In this document: positions 18,624 to 27,844 of the stretch, in pieces | Layout: each line of letters begins with the position of its first letter | Position numbering within the stretch: the first letter of the stretch is position 1 | Source: a virus | Lineage: Duplodnaviria > Heunggongvirae > Uroviricota > Caudoviricetes | Virus record (IMG/VR): IMGVR_UViG_3300020451_002055 | DNA length: 64,000 bases | Strand: one strand, 5' to 3' | Made by a program: the position numbers and the translations under genes | The notes under the pieces: generated by a model | Seen by the model: the letters and a program-made list of their open reading frames with translations, nothing else | What the model was told of the DNA's origin: nothing | The model's database searches: none

Positions 18624-21185
18624 TCAAAGCCGAAAGCCGTCTGCAGGATTTGAGAAACCTTCGGAACTCATAATCCCGAGCCTAACAAGCTCTTGAACCA
18701 TATAGCCATAGAAATCAGGATCATACAATCCATCCCACATCAAAAGCGAGTTGGGATCTCTGACAAACCTGGCAGATGCGCTGTGTTGCAGTTCTGCTGA
18801 CTGAACGTCCTGCAACGAAATGAACCGGTACTTACCAGACTTAGAAGGAGATTCCTCTTCTTCGCCGCCCCAGTCGATCAACGTGTGAAACTCAACAGAA
18901 ACGCATGCTGCCTCAAACCTGCGGGACAGTTCGCCAGCCGTCATGTCCCCCAGTTCATCATTGATGATTTTCCTAAACAATTCGGCATCCACCATGACCG
19001 GAATGTAGCTGCTCTCGATAACTCTAGTCAGGTGATCGGTCTTTCGCATATCCCAGGTTGTATCGGCCTCTCTAATAGCTTCGATCAAGGACAAGTTTGC
19101 TTTGCTCTCTGCGAACCTATTAAATGCGGCTTGGCAGTTATCCACTGTGATACCGTTTTGAAGTTCGCTCAGAAGATGGTCTCTCGATTCGATGAAGTCC
19201 GGATTGTCCGTAAACGGAAACTGCTTGTCAGGAGTAAGGAGAAAGCAGTAGACGCCCCGAGAAAGCCTGTTGTATTCGCCATGTCGGTTGACCCGGCCAG
19301 CGACCTGCAGGCAAGCTGTTACAGACCTTGCTTCCGAGAACGCATGTCTAAAGGACAAATCGATACCAGTCTCAAGGACCGAGGTAGCAAAGACGATGAT
19401 GTCGTCCTTGCTTTTCAATCGTTCTTTGATACTGTTAATGATTCTTGATTTGTCATACTTGCTAAGCGCGCTGCTAATGTGGTAGATATCTTCTTTAGGG
19501 GCAATCTCCATTTCTCTTGCGTAATGGGCGAGCAGTGCAGCATTCCTTGTCGTTTGCAAGATACAGAGTCGAGGGCCTCTGAATTGCGAGATTCTGCGCA
19601 GCAGCGAGGCTCCCGTGAAAATATGGGTTCTATCTTCTCTAACAAGGCCCCTAACAGGAGCCCTTCTGCGCTCCATATCCATCATCTGACTTGAAAGCTC
19701 TTCGCTAACAACCTCATGGATGTCAAGAGGTTCGATATTGAGATGCTCAGATTGCCACGGACGAATAGGAGTGCCTGAGCAAAAGATAAAGACGCATCCC
19801 CATTTTTCATTCAGAGTTTTAAGCGTCGATGCAATGATCGGCCAGAGGTGCGGAGGGAAACTGTTGTCGAACTCATCCAGAACAACAACGGAACCTGGAA
19901 GCTGATGCAACTTACGGAGCCTGTGCGTCTCTCCGCTCAGAATCGTCTCGAAGAACTGCACGGCTGTAACGCATGTGACGGGCGACCGCCAAAGCTTGCC
20001 GAAGGCAGCGGCAATCCAGTTATCGTACCCGGCAACGTGATGATGTTCTGCAACTGATCGCTCGCCAGGATCATAATCCCAACGAACTCTGTCGCTACTC
20101 TGCTGATCAGTTCCAAGACGAAAAGCTGCCCTCAGAGCTTCGGTTGTCTGACTTGTTGTATTAATGAAAGGAGAAACATTGTACACATGGCGCAGCCCTT
20201 GAGCCTCTGCGATGCGAAGGGCAAGAGCAGTCGAGGAGAAAGTCTTGCCGGAACCGACTGTTGCAGAGAGCATGTAGAATGATTGATTTGGGTCGCACTC
20301 CAAGCATTCCTGAAAAAGCCTGTCTCTGATGATATTTCTACGAGTCCTGCGAGCCTTTCCTCTCATCTCTCTATCTCGAACTCGGCGCACGTGCCCGATA
20401 AGCCTTTCAAGCCTGATCGTCGGTTGAAGTTCAACCTGATCAAAATCATCAAGAGGATACTTAGAAAATCTGCTCGATGCATCCAGATGATCAGAATCAA
20501 CCAGCATCGAGAAGAGGATGCGCATATCGATTGCATTAATGTCATCAATGCTAAGATTGGCCCTCGTCATCTTTCTGGGAAGCTCTTTGCAATGAACCTG
20601 AAACATATCGTTGATATATCTCTGAACATAGGCAGGCGTCTGCCCGTGATTGCCAAATCCAGGCTCTTGCAACAGAAAATCAAACGATCGCACGGCGTTG
20701 CCGCTAACTGTCTTCATCCGCCTAGAGCCCCTCTTGCGGGGTTTATGCGGCTCGATTGGATTCCGAGTCTTCCAGGCCGCTCCATCATTTAGCAGACCAA
20801 CATGGTGCCCCTCAACAAGAGCGCCAGAGATGACATGCGTCATCTTGTTTGTTCGAGCAAATGCTTCGAGGAGCAAGGCAACGCCCGCATGAACATGGTT
20901 GCCTCTCTCGCTCATGGGGCCGAGACCCTTCATGGCAAGCTGAAATGGAACCATGAGCTTTCCCATGTCGTGAAGCCAGGCGGCATCCATCAGCGACCCA
21001 TGCAGAGCATCGACAGCGCAAGGCCCTCTGTAAAAACTCAGAGCGTTAGTAGCCGCCCGCGCGGCCTTATCCATAACGCCAGCGACATGATTGCGATAAA
21101 GCTGCGGCGGAACAGGGTTCCCTCGCCGATCCTCGCCTTCGCTGCTTGCAACCAGCGGTCCTTCTGGTAGTTGATATGTTGCCAT
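18624..21185 (-). CDS. cas3: CRISPR-associated HD nuclease-helicase Cas3
   Basis: YRNHV, WLHDMGK, MLVDSDHLD (HD); ATVGSGKT, VVLDEF, FATSVLETGIDL, QVAGRVNRHG (SF2 helicase). Confidence 0.95.
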   Translation of the reverse strand: MATYQLPEGPLVASSEGEDRRGNPVPPQLYRNHVAGVMDKAARAATNALSFYRGPCAVDALHGSLMDAAWLHDMGKLMVPFQLAMKGLGPMSERGNHVHAGVALLLEAFARTNKMTHVISGALVEGHHVGLLNDGAAWKTRNPIEPHKPRKRGSRRMKTVSGNAVRSFDFLLQEPGFGNHGQTPAYVQRYINDMFQVHCKELPRKMTRANLSIDDINAIDMRILFSMLVDSDHLDASSRFSKYPLDDFDQVELQPTIRLERLIGHVRRVRDREMRGKARRTRRNIIRDRLFQECLECDPNQSFYMLSATVGSGKTFSSTALALRIAEAQGLRHVYNVSPFINTTSQTTEALRAAFRLGTDQQSSDRVRWDYDPGERSVAEHHHVAGYDNWIAAAFGKLWRSPVTCVTAVQFFETILSGETHRLRKLHQLPGSVVVLDEFDNSFPPHLWPIIASTLKTLNEKWGCVFIFCSGTPIRPWQSEHLNIEPLDIHEVVSEELSSQMMDMERRRAPVRGLVREDRTHIFTGASLLRRISQFRGPRLCILQTTRNAALLAHYAREMEIAPKEDIYHISSALSKYDKSRIINSIKERLKSKDDIIVFATSVLETGIDLSFRHAFSEARSVTACLQVAGRVNRHGEYNRLSRGVYCFLLTPDKQFPFTDNPDFIESRDHLLSELQNGITVDNCQAAFNRFAESKANLSLIEAIREADTTWDMRKTDHLTRVIESSYIPVMVDAELFRKIINDELGDMTAGELSRRFEAACVSVEFHTLIDWGGEEEESPSKSGKYRFISLQDVQSAELQHSASARFVRDPNSLLMWDGLYDPDFYGYMVQELVRLGIMSSEGFSNPADGFRL

Positions 21186-21222
21186 AAGAACCGAGCGGAC
21201 CGCAAGGCCCGCCCGATCGGTA

Positions 21223-22173
21223 TTAGTTGATCAGATCGACGAACTCGACGCCCTCGAACTGCTCCGAAAGGCTTTCTGCTGTCGGGAAGTCGTAGTCATC
21301 GTAACCCGTAGGCATGATCGCCTTGTCCTTAAGACGAGGCTTCATCCCCCTGAGAATATGGAACTGGTTTGAAGGAAAGTATGTGCGACCATCAGGCCGG
21401 GCCGAAAAAGCAGATACGACATGGACGCCGACTCGCTGAGCGGAACGGTCATCGAACATGTGAGGGATCAATCGTTCAAGGAAGTCAATGTCTTCTTCCG
21501 TTGCGCCGTTCTGACCCGCCTGAAAACCGTTCACGATGATGTGGCCAAAGAGGATCGCATGCTCGATGACCCGGATACCGTCCGGCGCGATATCGCTGAT
21601 ATCGGTTTTGTCCGCATGGGCTTCTCGAATCGGATGCTTCTTGCCGTTCGAAGAGATGTACGGAGTCACCGGGGCGACCGATGTGGGGAACGCGACCTGA
21701 ACGCATCCCTCGAACTTGCTGCGGAACTTCTTCTCGCCGTCTTCGCTCTTGATGTCGCTGATTGCCATTGCCCCGAAGAGGCGGGCGTCAAAGTAGCGAC
21801 TCAGGAAAGAGGCGGGATCATCCGACGCAAGCCCGAGAGCCTTCTTAGCAGCCTCATAAGGCTTGATATCCGCAAATCCCCTTGTTTCCGATTCGTAGAC
21901 CTGCCGGTTTTGCGGCTCGATGCCCTCGGCGATGTCGGCGATCAGAGGATCAGCATCTCCCCGATGAACCAGGTCTCGAATCTTTCGCTTCACAGCGAAG
22001 GGACTCATGATATTGTGCCCGGTCGAAGTGACCCGAGGTCCGCCGGTATCGACTTCTCCGTTGGGATTTGCCATCTCGACGGAAACTGCGTAAGCGATGA
22101 TACGGTCCCGAATACGCTTGCCGCCCATGTTCGTCGTTTTGCCCTCTGCAGGCTTCGTCTTAGTCGCAGGCAT
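21223..22173 (-). CDS. cas7: Type I-C Cas7 (Csd2)
   Basis: NPNGEVDTGGPR, AVKRKIRD, YFDARLFGA, GCVQVAF. Confidence 0.9.
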   Translation of the reverse strand: MPATKTKPAEGKTTNMGGKRIRDRIIAYAVSVEMANPNGEVDTGGPRVTSTGHNIMSPFAVKRKIRDLVHRGDADPLIADIAEGIEPQNRQVYESETRGFADIKPYEAAKKALGLASDDPASFLSRYFDARLFGAMAISDIKSEDGEKKFRSKFEGCVQVAFPTSVAPVTPYISSNGKKHPIREAHADKTDISDIAPDGIRVIEHAILFGHIIVNGFQAGQNGATEEDIDFLERLIPHMFDDRSAQRVGVHVVSAFSARPDGRTYFPSNQFHILRGMKPRLKDKAIMPTGYDDYDFPTAESLSEQFEGVEFVDLIN

Positions 22174-22212
22174 GCTTGCCTCCTTTGCGATGTCCTTATC
22201 TACGGATACGGT

Positions 22213-22644
22213 TTACTCTGCCGTTTCCGGTTTGTTCATCTTGCGATATCCGATCTGGAAGCCCATAGCTGCCTGAGCCCTCTCGGTAACTGTCATCATC
22301 CGTTCATACGGAAGCTCCGATCCCATGGCTTTTGCGACCTTGCGGAAAGTGTTCCACTTGGCTTGAAGATCGCTTGCTTCTTTCGACTTGCTCTTCGGGT
22401 AAGCTTTCTCGCCTCTGTTTCGGATGCTCTCGGCTTTCTGCTCATACGGGTTCACCAGGCGAGAAATTTGTTCCAGCAACATTTCCCATGTACGCCCGGT
22501 CGCCAGCAGAGACATGACCTTATACCCGACCAGAGATTCGGGAACAGTGTTGCCGTTAAACCTATGGTACGCGATCTGTAGTTCGCTGGCAGCGGCGCAG
22601 TAGACCCCGAAAAGGTAAGCAGGACTGGATGAGACATCCGACAT
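22213..22644 (-). CDS. cas11: Cas11-like small subunit from internal start in cas8c
   Basis: In-frame ATG (MSDVSSSPAYLFG) 5 nt downstream of AAAGGAG. Confidence 0.65.
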   Translation of the reverse strand: MSDVSSSPAYLFGVYCAAASELQIAYHRFNGNTVPESLVGYKVMSLLATGRTWEMLLEQISRLVNPYEQKAESIRNRGEKAYPKSKSKEASDLQAKWNTFRKVAKAMGSELPYERMMTVTERAQAAMGFQIGYRKMNKPETAE

Positions 22645-24258
22645 GGTAACTCCTTTCGCCTGCATGGCGAGACTGATGATGGACGGCATGCGGAAAAAGT
22701 CCCGCCTTGCGCCTGAATACATGGGGTCCGCATCGGGAAGCATCCTCCGGTGAGCCATATCGATCATCAACCAGATATGATGCCTTGCGATAATCGACAG
22801 AATGCGATCCGCAGTCGATGGGTTGCCCGTCAGAGCAAAGTCCAGCATGTCCGCGTAACGAATAACGGGAGGCCAATGCTCTTTGCTCTTACCCGTTTTT
22901 GGATCTTTACCTCTGATGGAGTTAAGGTATCCTCTATCGAGCTTTCCAGACATTACGCCCGCGCTCTTTGTCCATCTCGCATTCAGCACTCGCCAAACAT
23001 GGTCAAAACCCATGGGAATGCAAAACGAACTAGCAAACCTGTTAGTGATATTCGGCCCAGCTAGTTCTCTAGGGCCTCCCTCTGAAGCAGAGCGCCAGAG
23101 TTCCATTTTCTCCGAGATCGCCGAAAGCGACAACGATTGACTGACCAGAGGTAGAGCCATACCGCTCTGACCCGCAATAGAGAAGAGTTCGATCTGAACC
23201 GAAGAATCGGGATGATCAACAGCCGCCCCCTTGATCGTAGCGATAGACCTTTGATACAGGTCGATTGTTGCTGCTGCGATTTCTTCTTGAGTGATTTTGG
23301 CATCTTCGGCAGCAACGGCATCCTCCTCGTCCAAGACAGAAGAAAAATCGACCTGGAATCCTCCGATCTTGCTGTCTCCGCTGAGCAATGCGATGATGTT
23401 GCTCTCGATGTCCTGAATCAGTTGTCCGTTCTGATCGAACGGACAGGACAGAAACAACATCTTTCCTTCGCCCGCGATAATTGCGGCATGAGCAGCCTTG
23501 CCGTAAAGACGCTCCGGGTTCGCGAGAGCAGCCGTCGCAACAGCCAATCTCTGAGCCGTCTTCTGCGTCATGGGAAGCGGGTTCGTTCCTGATCTCCCGT
23601 AAACCTGATCGCTGGGGCTGGCAGCATTCCTTGAGTATGGGGAAACTCCGCCGATGACCGGAAACACCACCTTTTTCATGAGCGTGCCCGAGACCGGTCC
23701 TTCTTCTCCTGCAAAATCTCTGATCGAAGGAGCAGCCTTGCCGCCAGCCGTCGAGGATGATGCGTCCGCCATAGCTCCGTTCAATACAGAGAGATAGCTG
23801 TCTGACTGGACGTTGACGCCCTTGATCGAAAACAGAATGATGGCAGACTCAATAAGACCTGACTTTAGGCCTCGCTCTCGGAGTTCTTCTCGAATAACCT
23901 CCTGGCTGTCATCGGCTCCGCAGAACTTACAGACAGCATCCATGAGAGTACCCGTTTTGCCCTTAGTAAGAGCCGTCATGGGACGCAAGCTCGCTCCGCC
24001 CTTAATCAGACCTGCGATATTGCTCGGCAGTTTCGTCATCTGAGAGATTCGGCCATGCGGACCTCTAACCTTGGCGTTGGGCTGCAGGACTCTGAACGAG
24101 CCTCCGGTCCTGATCGAAAGCGAATCCATGACGGATCCGTCAGAGGAGAGCTTGACCTCAATGATCGGACGGTTCTCTTTTGCATGGATCGTATCGAGCA
24201 GCGGGTAATCGTCTTGCTGAGGCATGCCCAGAGCGATACGGTTAATGGTGTCAAGCAC
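22213..24258 (-). CDS. cas8c: Type I-C large subunit Cas8c (Csd1), divergent
   Basis: 681 aa between cas5 and cas7; C-terminal SPAYLFG motif. Confidence 0.75.
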   Translation of the reverse strand: MLDTINRIALGMPQQDDYPLLDTIHAKENRPIIEVKLSSDGSVMDSLSIRTGGSFRVLQPNAKVRGPHGRISQMTKLPSNIAGLIKGGASLRPMTALTKGKTGTLMDAVCKFCGADDSQEVIREELRERGLKSGLIESAIILFSIKGVNVQSDSYLSVLNGAMADASSSTAGGKAAPSIRDFAGEEGPVSGTLMKKVVFPVIGGVSPYSRNAASPSDQVYGRSGTNPLPMTQKTAQRLAVATAALANPERLYGKAAHAAIIAGEGKMLFLSCPFDQNGQLIQDIESNIIALLSGDSKIGGFQVDFSSVLDEEDAVAAEDAKITQEEIAAATIDLYQRSIATIKGAAVDHPDSSVQIELFSIAGQSGMALPLVSQSLSLSAISEKMELWRSASEGGPRELAGPNITNRFASSFCIPMGFDHVWRVLNARWTKSAGVMSGKLDRGYLNSIRGKDPKTGKSKEHWPPVIRYADMLDFALTGNPSTADRILSIIARHHIWLMIDMAHRRMLPDADPMYSGARRDFFRMPSIISLAMQAKGVTMSDVSSSPAYLFGVYCAAASELQIAYHRFNGNTVPESLVGYKVMSLLATGRTWEMLLEQISRLVNPYEQKAESIRNRGEKAYPKSKSKEASDLQAKWNTFRKVAKAMGSELPYERMMTVTERAQAAMGFQIGYRKMNKPETAE

Positions 24259-24934
24259 AGATGGCCTCCTCTGCTTCGAAGCTCAGAACTCCGTTGACAA
24301 CGCGAACATTGTCGTCGAACCGAGGAGCATACCTGCTTTTTCCATCGTAGTTGTCATCCTGACTAAACGGATGCCGCATCATTCGACCGATCTCAATGTT
24401 GACTGCTGGATCGGGAGAAGTCTCGGGCAGAAGCTCGCCGAGGTACGTCGGCACATGCTCTGATCTTCCGAGAGCCACCGGTCGGAGCGGCTGTCCTCTT
24501 GCAATACGTCTCTTGAACATCTCCAAGAGGTAATGAGCATGATTGGTGCCCGCGTGTCGAAGAGCGGCCCCTCTGAGATACTGGTCGCCAATGTAGACGA
24601 TCTCGAAGAAGATTTGGTAGGCAACATCTGTTAGGATTGTCTCTCGCCTCTGGACGGCATTGCCTTCTTTGATCAGCGTGCCTTTTCTCTGAGCAGCGAA
24701 CCGACCGTTGTAGGTGAACCGGTCATACCGGACAGGTCTGCAAATATGCACCTTTGTCGGGACGATTCGGGCTCCTGCAGAATGGCCGCAGATATGCTCG
24801 ATCATCCCTTTGACCGCAGAATATGTCGGAGCCGGATAGCTCGCGGCGTCCGCGTCGGAATCGGGGCGAGCAAACATGGCGGTATTGCCATGGACCTCGA
24901 ACGCCCCCTTGTATGGCTTTGTGACGGGTAGCAA
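24251..24934 (-). CDS. cas5: Type I-C Cas5 (Cas5d, pre-crRNA processing)
   Basis: FEVHGNTAMFARP, SYPAPTYSAVKGMI, ILTDVAYQI, ALGRSE; TTG start at 24934 has AGGAG 7 nt upstream. Confidence 0.9.
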   Translation of the reverse strand: MLPVTKPYKGAFEVHGNTAMFARPDSDADAASYPAPTYSAVKGMIEHICGHSAGARIVPTKVHICRPVRYDRFTYNGRFAAQRKGTLIKEGNAVQRRETILTDVAYQIFFEIVYIGDQYLRGAALRHAGTNHAHYLLEMFKRRIARGQPLRPVALGRSEHVPTYLGELLPETSPDPAVNIEIGRMMRHPFSQDDNYDGKSRYAPRFDDNVRVVNGVLSFEAEEAICA

Positions 24935-24987
24935 CGGTTGGCTCCTTTCTGCGGACTGAGCCGCTCCGAACGGCCATGTCCCCTTTG

Positions 24988-25017
24988 ACAATACGGCAAG
25001 CCAAAAGCCATAGTCAA
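24988..25017 (-). promoter_or_regulatory. Putative sigma70-like promoter of cas operon
   Basis: TTGACT-18 nt-TATTGT. Confidence 0.5.
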
Positions 25018-25057
25018 TCCTTGCTCCGCGAAATTTTCCAATTTATCGAGCTTCGCC

Positions 25058-25087
25058 TTGACACAGAACCGAAGGCTCCTATAGGAT
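25058..25087 (+). promoter_or_regulatory. Putative promoter in CRISPR leader
   Basis: TTGACA-18 nt-TAGGAT, about 110 nt upstream of first repeat. Confidence 0.5.
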
Positions 25088-25196
25088 TAGCCATAAAATG
25101 TTCTCCACCAAGGCCTCAATCGAGAAGGCAATAGCTGATTTTTTAAGAAGACATGGACAGCTAAGCCAAGTAGAAGCAAGGGCTTAGGCGGAGTCG

Positions 25197-26248
25197 CTTG
25201 AAGGCCACCTCTCTTTGAGAGTAGATTGCAACTGGAAGACAGAAGACTCCTTCAGCTTGAGTGTTGAAGGCCACCTCTCTTTGAGAGTAGATTGCAACAC
25301 CAATGGCAACGGATTCCATGTCACGCTGGTTGAAGGCCACCTCTCTTTGAGAGTAGATTGCAACTCAAGGTTGACGGAGTAGACAGACGCCATGGTTGAA
25401 GGCCACCTCTCTTTGAGAGTAGATTGCAACTGATAGAGGATCTGCCGCTACAGCCCGCCAGTTGTCCGGGGTCACCTCTCTTTGAGAGTAGATTGCAACA
25501 CGACTCCGACGAATGGCGAGAGGTCGAGAGTTAAAGGCCACCTCTCTTTGAGAGTAGATTGCAACGGCTCAGTTCACGTCAGCGCGATCATTCTATTTGC
25601 ATCTCGCATGTAAATGCGAGTAGATTGCAACAGGATGCTGACACCAGGGTCGAACACCTCGGTTGTATCTCGCATGTAAATGCGAGCAGATTGCAACGAA
25701 CTTGCCGGGCTGAGCCTTGGCGACCTGATTGAAGGCCACCTCTCTTTGAGAGTAGATTGCAACGGATAGAGCCAGTCGATAACCGCATCAACTGCTGAAG
25801 GCCACCTTTCTTTGAGAGTAGATTGCAACAGCGAGCAGTTCGCCTTCTGTACCGACATCGTTGAAGGTCACCTCTCTTTGAGAGCAGATTGTAACTGAGC
25901 ATCGGAGTCAACTGTGTATTAGATCATTACATCTCGCATATGCGAGTAGATTGCAATCATGTCATGCTAACCGGACCAGCAGGCATTCATAAAAGTCGTC
26001 TCCCTTGGAGTAGATTGTAACCCTTTGACCATAAAACGGCTTGCTTCCTAAAGTCGTCCCAATCGGGTAGATTACAATTTCCGGACGCTGCCTCCGCAGC
26101 GCTTCCTGTAAGGCATCTCCGTCAGGAGTAGATTACAATGTGAGACCGTCTTTCGTTATGGGAGCCTCGATCGCCTACGGCGTAAATTACAACTACGGAG
26201 GATCAACGAAAAAGAATGCTCGTCTCCCGCTTGGGAGTAGATTGCAAT
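25197..26248 (+). CRISPR. CRISPR array, 17 repeat units, mostly 30-nt spacers
   Basis: Consensus GTTGAAGGCCACCTCTCTTTGAGAGTAGATTGCAAC (36 nt), 66-nt period; 11-nt handle TAGATTGCAAC resembles type I-C TGGATTGAAAC; leader at low-coordinate end, divergent units distal. Confidence 0.97.
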
Positions 26249-26448
26249 AAGCAGGCCAAAGCTGTAGCCGGGTACAGGTACATGTTCTCTCAACAGAGGG
26301 ACTGGTGGTAATGCCGGTCTCTCTATTCAAAACGAACAGAACAACGATTCGATTTCCCGCGAAATTACCCGCCGGGCAAAAGCCGATTTAGGAGTCCCTA
26401 TTTCTGGTATGGGAGTCCCATGACAATATAAATGGGGAGGGGCCGGGC

Positions 26449-26769
26449 CTACCCCTTCTTGTTTTCTTCGTAATGGAGCTTCATATGACAGTTGGCGCAT
26501 AGCACCTGGCATTTCGATATCTCTTCTTTGGTCTTCTTGATGCCACATTTGACCATCTTCGACATCTCTCCGCTTTTCTCGTCTCTATCCAAATGATGAA
26601 ACTGCAAGCAGCCAATATGACTCTCGCCGCATATCTCGCAAGGGTGCGTCCTCTTATACTCGTCAACATAGTCGCGAGCTTTCTGAACCTGCTTTGCTTT
26701 AGATAGCCTTTTCCGTTCTCTGAGTTCTTCGTCTGTATACAGCTTCGGTCTGCCCGGTCTTTTCGCCAT
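26449..26769 (-). CDS. HNH endonuclease
   Basis: CEICG...LQFHH...CQVLCANCHMKLH. Confidence 0.85.
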   Translation of the reverse strand: MAKRPGRPKLYTDEELRERKRLSKAKQVQKARDYVDEYKRTHPCEICGESHIGCLQFHHLDRDEKSGEMSKMVKCGIKKTKEEISKCQVLCANCHMKLHYEENKKG

Positions 26770-27198
26770 TATGATACCTCCATGCATAGAGGTATCGAAA
26801 ATCGCCAGAATAACCTTTCCTATTTGCTCAAAATTGGCCGTGCGTCAAAAAGCGTCTAGGGAACCTAATGGGTCAGGTATGGATACCTTACCTGGTGTAT
26901 AAAGCGGTAGGGGTAGGGGTTATCCCTTTTCGCGTAAGATGGGTGGGCGAGACCCGAGTATAAAAGAACCCGAAGCCGGAGCCTCGGGTATGGTTTCAAC
27001 TAGTGCTCAATTACCTGGTATCTCCGATCCTTGATCTTGACGAACCCTCCGAAGCATCTCCAGGTCGGATCTTCTTTCATTGCTTTGGCGTGAACCCTCT
27101 TGATCTCGGGCATGTCCTGCTCGGTCTGTTCTCGGCTCAGTTTCTCATTGCCATCATCAGTCACTCGATATGCGTCGATGATCCTCATTCGTGCCTCC

Positions 27199-27504
27199 TT
27201 AGTTGCTCGCAGTCCATCGGACTGTCTTACCCTCCCTCAGTTCGGCGAGGGTATCGGTGACGGCATAGTTGGCATCCCAGTATACCGTTCCGAGGTGGGT
27301 CAGCGTTCCGTCGTCGTCCTCAGACCAGTCATCCGTGATCAGGAAGCCGTCTGTCAGGGCTCCGCATTCCTCCGGTTGGACTCGACGCCAGCCGTTGCAG
27401 AGGTTGGATTCTAGGGCTTCATCGAGGTCGCGGGCATCGGCGAGGGCTTCGAGGTCGTCCGGTCGGAGTTCGAGGGAGTTGGCGGTCTTGACAAGTTCGA
27501 TCAT
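27199..27504 (-). CDS. Hypothetical protein
   Basis: AGGAGG RBS, follows dispersed element. Confidence 0.6.
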   Translation of the reverse strand: MIELVKTANSLELRPDDLEALADARDLDEALESNLCNGWRRVQPEECGALTDGFLITDDWSEDDDGTLTHLGTVYWDANYAVTDTLAELREGKTVRWTASN

Positions 27505-27844
27505 TCGTGCCTCCTATTGCTCTGATGTTCAGTTGGGAGGGCTGATCGTCGGTGAGGTCGCTTCACCCATCTTAGTCGCTCTCCCTCTTACCCTCCGTTG
27601 CCGGAGGGGGAGGGGCAATCCCCAGGTTGGGGGTTAGGCAGCGTCAGCGATGCTTTCTCCGCCGAGGCTGTTGACGGCGTTCATGGTTTCGATGGCGGTA
27701 TCCGCCGCATCGTTGGGGTCCATGCCTTTATCGACGAGGGCGAGGGTCATGGCGAGGGCTTCGTATCCGTTCATGGCTGTCTCCGTTGCTCTGTAAGGCT
27801 CATTCCTTACATGGATCAGTTGGGATCGGGTATCGTCGGTGAAG

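Noticed and set aside
24935-24991. cas5 start at 24991 as in the ORF track
   Set aside because: No RBS and it overlaps the predicted promoter; TTG at 24934 has AGGAG at proper spacing
25233-25859. Spacers all antisense to coding sequence, and self-targeting (spacer 5 LDLSPF vs LDLSPY ORF near 39290)
   Set aside because: 30-nt open frames arise by chance; the nucleotide match to the window is poor; targets need a database search
25184-25911. Repetitive ORFs LQSTLKERWPS in the ORF track
   Set aside because: Translation artefacts of CRISPR repeats
26449-26769. HNH as the Cascade effector nuclease
   Set aside because: Cas3 is intact, the HNH is not fused to Cas5/Cas8 and a close paralog lies elsewhere
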